Virus record (IMG/VR): IMGVR_UViG_3300046167_000870
Origin: a virus
Direction: 5' to 3' (one strand)
Length of the DNA: 64,000 nucleotides
The notes under the pieces are model-generated. The model was given only the letters and a program-made list of their open reading frames with translations. It did no database searches and was not told where the DNA came from. Both the position numbers and the translations under genes were made by a program. Below are positions 61,301 to 64,000 of this stretch, piece by piece. Every line of letters starts with the position of its first letter. The first letter of the stretch is position 1.

Positions 61301-63956
61301 TAAATTGCAGTTGCAGTATTTTGATTTGTCTGGTTTAATTGTAATATACCCGTTCCTGGATCTGAAGGTACACCTGGTACTGTTGTACTAAATGTATAAT
61401 CAAATGAAGCACCTCCAAAATTACCATCTGCACCTGTATCACCTTTAGCTCCTGTTGCACCTTGTGTTGAATTATCTGGGACCTGTTAAACCTTGAGTAC
61501 CTTGAGCACCCTGAGTTGAATTATCTGGTCCTGTAGCACCCTGTGCCCCCTGAGTAGAATTATCTGCTCCATCTGCACCTTGAGCACCTTGAGTTGAATT
61601 GTCAGGACCTGTAGTACCTTGAGCACCCTTGTGTTGAATTATCTGGCCCTATTGTACCTTGTACACCTTGTGCTCCTTGTGTAGAATTATCTGCACCATC
61701 TGCACCTTGAGCACCTTGAGTTGAATTGTCTGGTCCAGTTGCTCCTTGAGCACCTTGAGTAGAATTATCAGCACCATCTGTTCCTTGGGCTCCTTGAGTT
61801 GAATTATCTGGTCCTGTTAAACCTTGTATACCCTGAGCACCTTGTGTAGAATTATCTGCACCATCTGCACCTTGAGCACCTTTAGCTCCTGTTGCACCTT
61901 GTGTTGAATTATCTGGTCCAGTTGCTCCTTGAGCACCTTGTGTTGAATTATCTGGTCCAGTAGCACCTTGTGCTCCAGTATCACCTTTAGCACCTGATTC
62001 TATAAATGATATTGCTATATCTGAAGTATTACCAAATGGATTGGCTGCACTACTAGCTGTAACACTACCAACACAAGTAATTATATTACTAGTTGGTCCT
62101 GATACACTTGTAATTGAAAATGTTATAAATTCAGAATAATCGTTTCTATCTCTAATTGTTAATATACCTGGAGCTGTTGGTGTTGGAATACCATTACCAT
62201 CAGCATCTCTATAATCAAATACAATTTGAGTAGCTAAATTTGTTTGTGAGTTATTTGTTCTTACTATTCCAGTTGCTGGGTCTCCACTAGTTGCTGTACT
62301 AAAGTTATAAGAATAGGTATTTGCTCCATCAGCTCCAATTGAACCTTTAGCACCACCTACACCTTGACTACCTACATTACCTTCTTCACCTTGTATACCT
62401 GTGTTACCTTGTGCACCAGTATCTCCTTGAGCACCAGTATCTCCTTGGGCACCTGTAGCTCCTTGAGTTCCAACTCCTGTTATACCTTGTGTACCTTGTG
62501 TACCATCTGTACCTTGAGTTCCATCTGTACCTTGTGCTCCAGTTGCTCCTTGAATACCTTGTTCACCTTTTGTTCCATCTCCACCTTGAACACCATCTTG
62601 ACCTTTTTGGCCTTTTTCACCTTTTGTACCTGTACCACCTTGAGTACCAATATCACCTTGTACTCCATCAGTACCTTGAGTACCTTGAGCACCATCTGCT
62701 CCTTGAGTACCATTTGTTCCTTGAGTACCATCTGTACCTTGTGATCCAGTATCACCTTGTGCTCCTACTTCACCTTTTTGTCCTTTTGTACCTTTTTCAC
62801 CATTTAAACCTTGAATACCAGTTTCACCTTGTGTTCCTGTTGAACCTTGTGATCCAGTATCACCTTGTGTTCCATCTGTACCTTGAGTACCTGTAGGTCC
62901 TTGAGGACCAGTTACACCTTGTGTACCAAATCCTGTTATACCTTGTATACCTGTATTACCTTGTGCACCTTGAGATCCTATTCCTTCTGCACCTTTTTGT
63001 CCTTTTTGTCCTTTATCACCTGTAGTGACAAAAGAAACTAATATATCTTCTGAGTTGGTAAATGGAGAATCTGTTGAGAAAGCTTGGTATGCTATTGTGA
63101 TTGACCACCAACCAGTATTATCATCTAAGTCCGTTATACTATATAATATAAATTGCGTAGCATCCGTTCTATTTGCCACTTTAACGTGACCTTTAACAGC
63201 TGACGTGACTGCAGCAATTGATGATAAAAATGACTGAATACTATTGCCATCATCATCTTCAACATCGATGTACATTTTAGTAGCACCTTTTTGTCCTGCT
63301 GCTGATCCTGCTGCTGAATTTAATTGTAATTTACCTGTTCCTGGGTCTGCTGGAGTTCCTGGAACTGTAGAATCAAAAGTATAATCAAATGAAGCACCTC
63401 CAAAATTACCATCTGTACCTTGTGTACCATCTGTACCCTGAGTTCCATCTGTACCTTGTGCTCCTGTTAAACCTTGAATACCTGTTTGTCCTTGGGCACC
63501 TGTTCCACCTTGAACACCTGCACCACCTGGACCACCTGTAGCACCTTGAAGACCTGGTTCTCCTTTATTACCTAAATCACCACCAATACCTTGAGCACCT
63601 GTAGCACCTTGAGTTCCTACACCTGTAGTACCTTGAGCACCATCTGCACCTTGTGTTCCGTCTGTTCCTTGAGTTCCGTCTGTTCCTTGGGTTCCATCTG
63701 TACCTTGAGTACCACCTGCACCTTGTGTTCCATTTGCTCCTTGAGCACCTGTTGCACCTTGAGGTCCTGTATCTTTATTTACAAAGCTTAAATTACCAGA
63801 GCCATCGGTTTGAATAACCTGTGTATTTGCTCCATCTGAGGATGGATATATTAAACCACTTGCTGTTAAACCTGTCTTTATATCGGCTTGTGAAGACGTT
63901 ACAGACCTTAAGTCAGCGTCAGATCCGCTTATAATTATTTCTCTCCAATTTGCCAT
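58363..63956 (-). CDS. Collagen-like fibre protein 1 (~1,863 aa; +1 indels at 61478-61480 and 61626-61628) with S74 chaperone
   Basis: G-X-Y tracts alternate with five related globular domains; SDKRFKDN...GVIAQEIEE...[15 protein letters not shown]; span 5594 = 3n+2. Confidence 0.88.
58960..61960 (-). repeat. About 25 copies of a G-[PA]-D-N-S-T-Q-G unit (mostly 39-nt period) in three blocks
   Basis: Manual count is 12 (61440-61960), 9 (60640-61000) and 4 (58960-59165). Confidence 0.85.
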
Positions 63957-64000
63957 AGTAAATTATATGGTTATAAATATTAGGATGTTTCTATTTCTTG

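Larger units (their letters stand above)
4741..63980 (-). promoter_or_regulatory. Dispersed late-gene motif ATATTTATAA (sense strand)
   Basis: Exact intergenic copies start (+ coordinates) at 4741, 7140, 8776, 10837, 11138, 14155, 19502, 21450, 23371, 26258, 30062, 34137, 37326, 40266 and 63971. Variants lie at about 8197, 17282, 43492 and 57132. The exact copies are 1-30 nt upstream of a start codon. Confidence 0.85.

Noticed and set aside
55932-61628. Programmed frameshifting or phase variation in the collagen genes
   Set aside because: The extra bases lie in 3-nt runs where sister repeat copies have 2; there is no slippery heptamer, and the same error type occurs in unrelated genes.
58960-61960. 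39-nt periodic repeats as a CRISPR array or DGR template
   Set aside because: They are in-frame coding repeats with synonymous variation; there are no unique spacers and no cas or reverse transcriptase gene in the window.
53575-62755. Alternative-frame minus ORFs rich in Q/V/L/K (53575-54567, 56399-56602, 58857-59351, 62480-62755)
   Set aside because: Off-frame readings of G-X-Y codon repeats.
2996-63791. All plus-strand ORFs in the track
   Set aside because: Antisense shadows of well-supported minus-strand genes, with biased S/F/L/C composition and no motifs.
4741-63980. TATAAATA copies as plus-strand T4 late promoters
   Set aside because: They would fire antisense into gene 3' ends with no plus-strand genes; their position tracks minus-strand starts.
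1-64000. Stop-codon reassignment, tRNA genes, introns or inteins
   Set aside because: Genes are full length in code 11 once indels are fixed; no cloverleaf was seen; terminase, portal, MCP and primase show no intein-sized insertions.

Overview
AT-rich (~30% GC by eye) 64-kb segment of a large T4-like (Far-T4-type) myophage, most likely infecting Bacteroidota/Flavobacteria. The host call rests on Bacteroidota-type promoters, no obvious SD motifs and two lipoprotein genes. Every credible gene is on the minus strand. Order in the direction of transcription (right to left): two giant collagen-like fibre genes with S74 chaperone domains; a tightly coupled block of about 10 glycosyltransferase, 2OG-oxygenase and methyltransferase genes; GIY-YIG nuclease, primase and exonuclease; a long block of acidic, modular putative internal-head proteins and enzymes studded with [LIVM]-x-E prohead-protease-type sites, interrupted by two lipoproteins (one GH7-like); terminase, portal, protease, scaffold and major capsid; neck, sheath and tube; chaperones, tape measure and baseplate. 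Eight single-base insertions, probably sequencing errors, split seven genes. Repairing them reveals an unannotated TPR-FkbM methyltransferase and fibres of about 1,298 and 1,863 aa. Best leads: (i) a phage collagen-fibre hydroxylation/glycosylation/methylation operon; (ii) a GH7-like glycoside hydrolase lipoprotein; (iii) protease-delimited capsid-cargo polyproteins; (iv) a 3-way-junction RNA leader; (v) a 21-aa, 9-Cys metallothionein-like peptide; (vi) a +1/-2 chaperone frameshift; (vii) a late motif that is the T4 late promoter inverted. No searches were run; family calls come from motif recognition.
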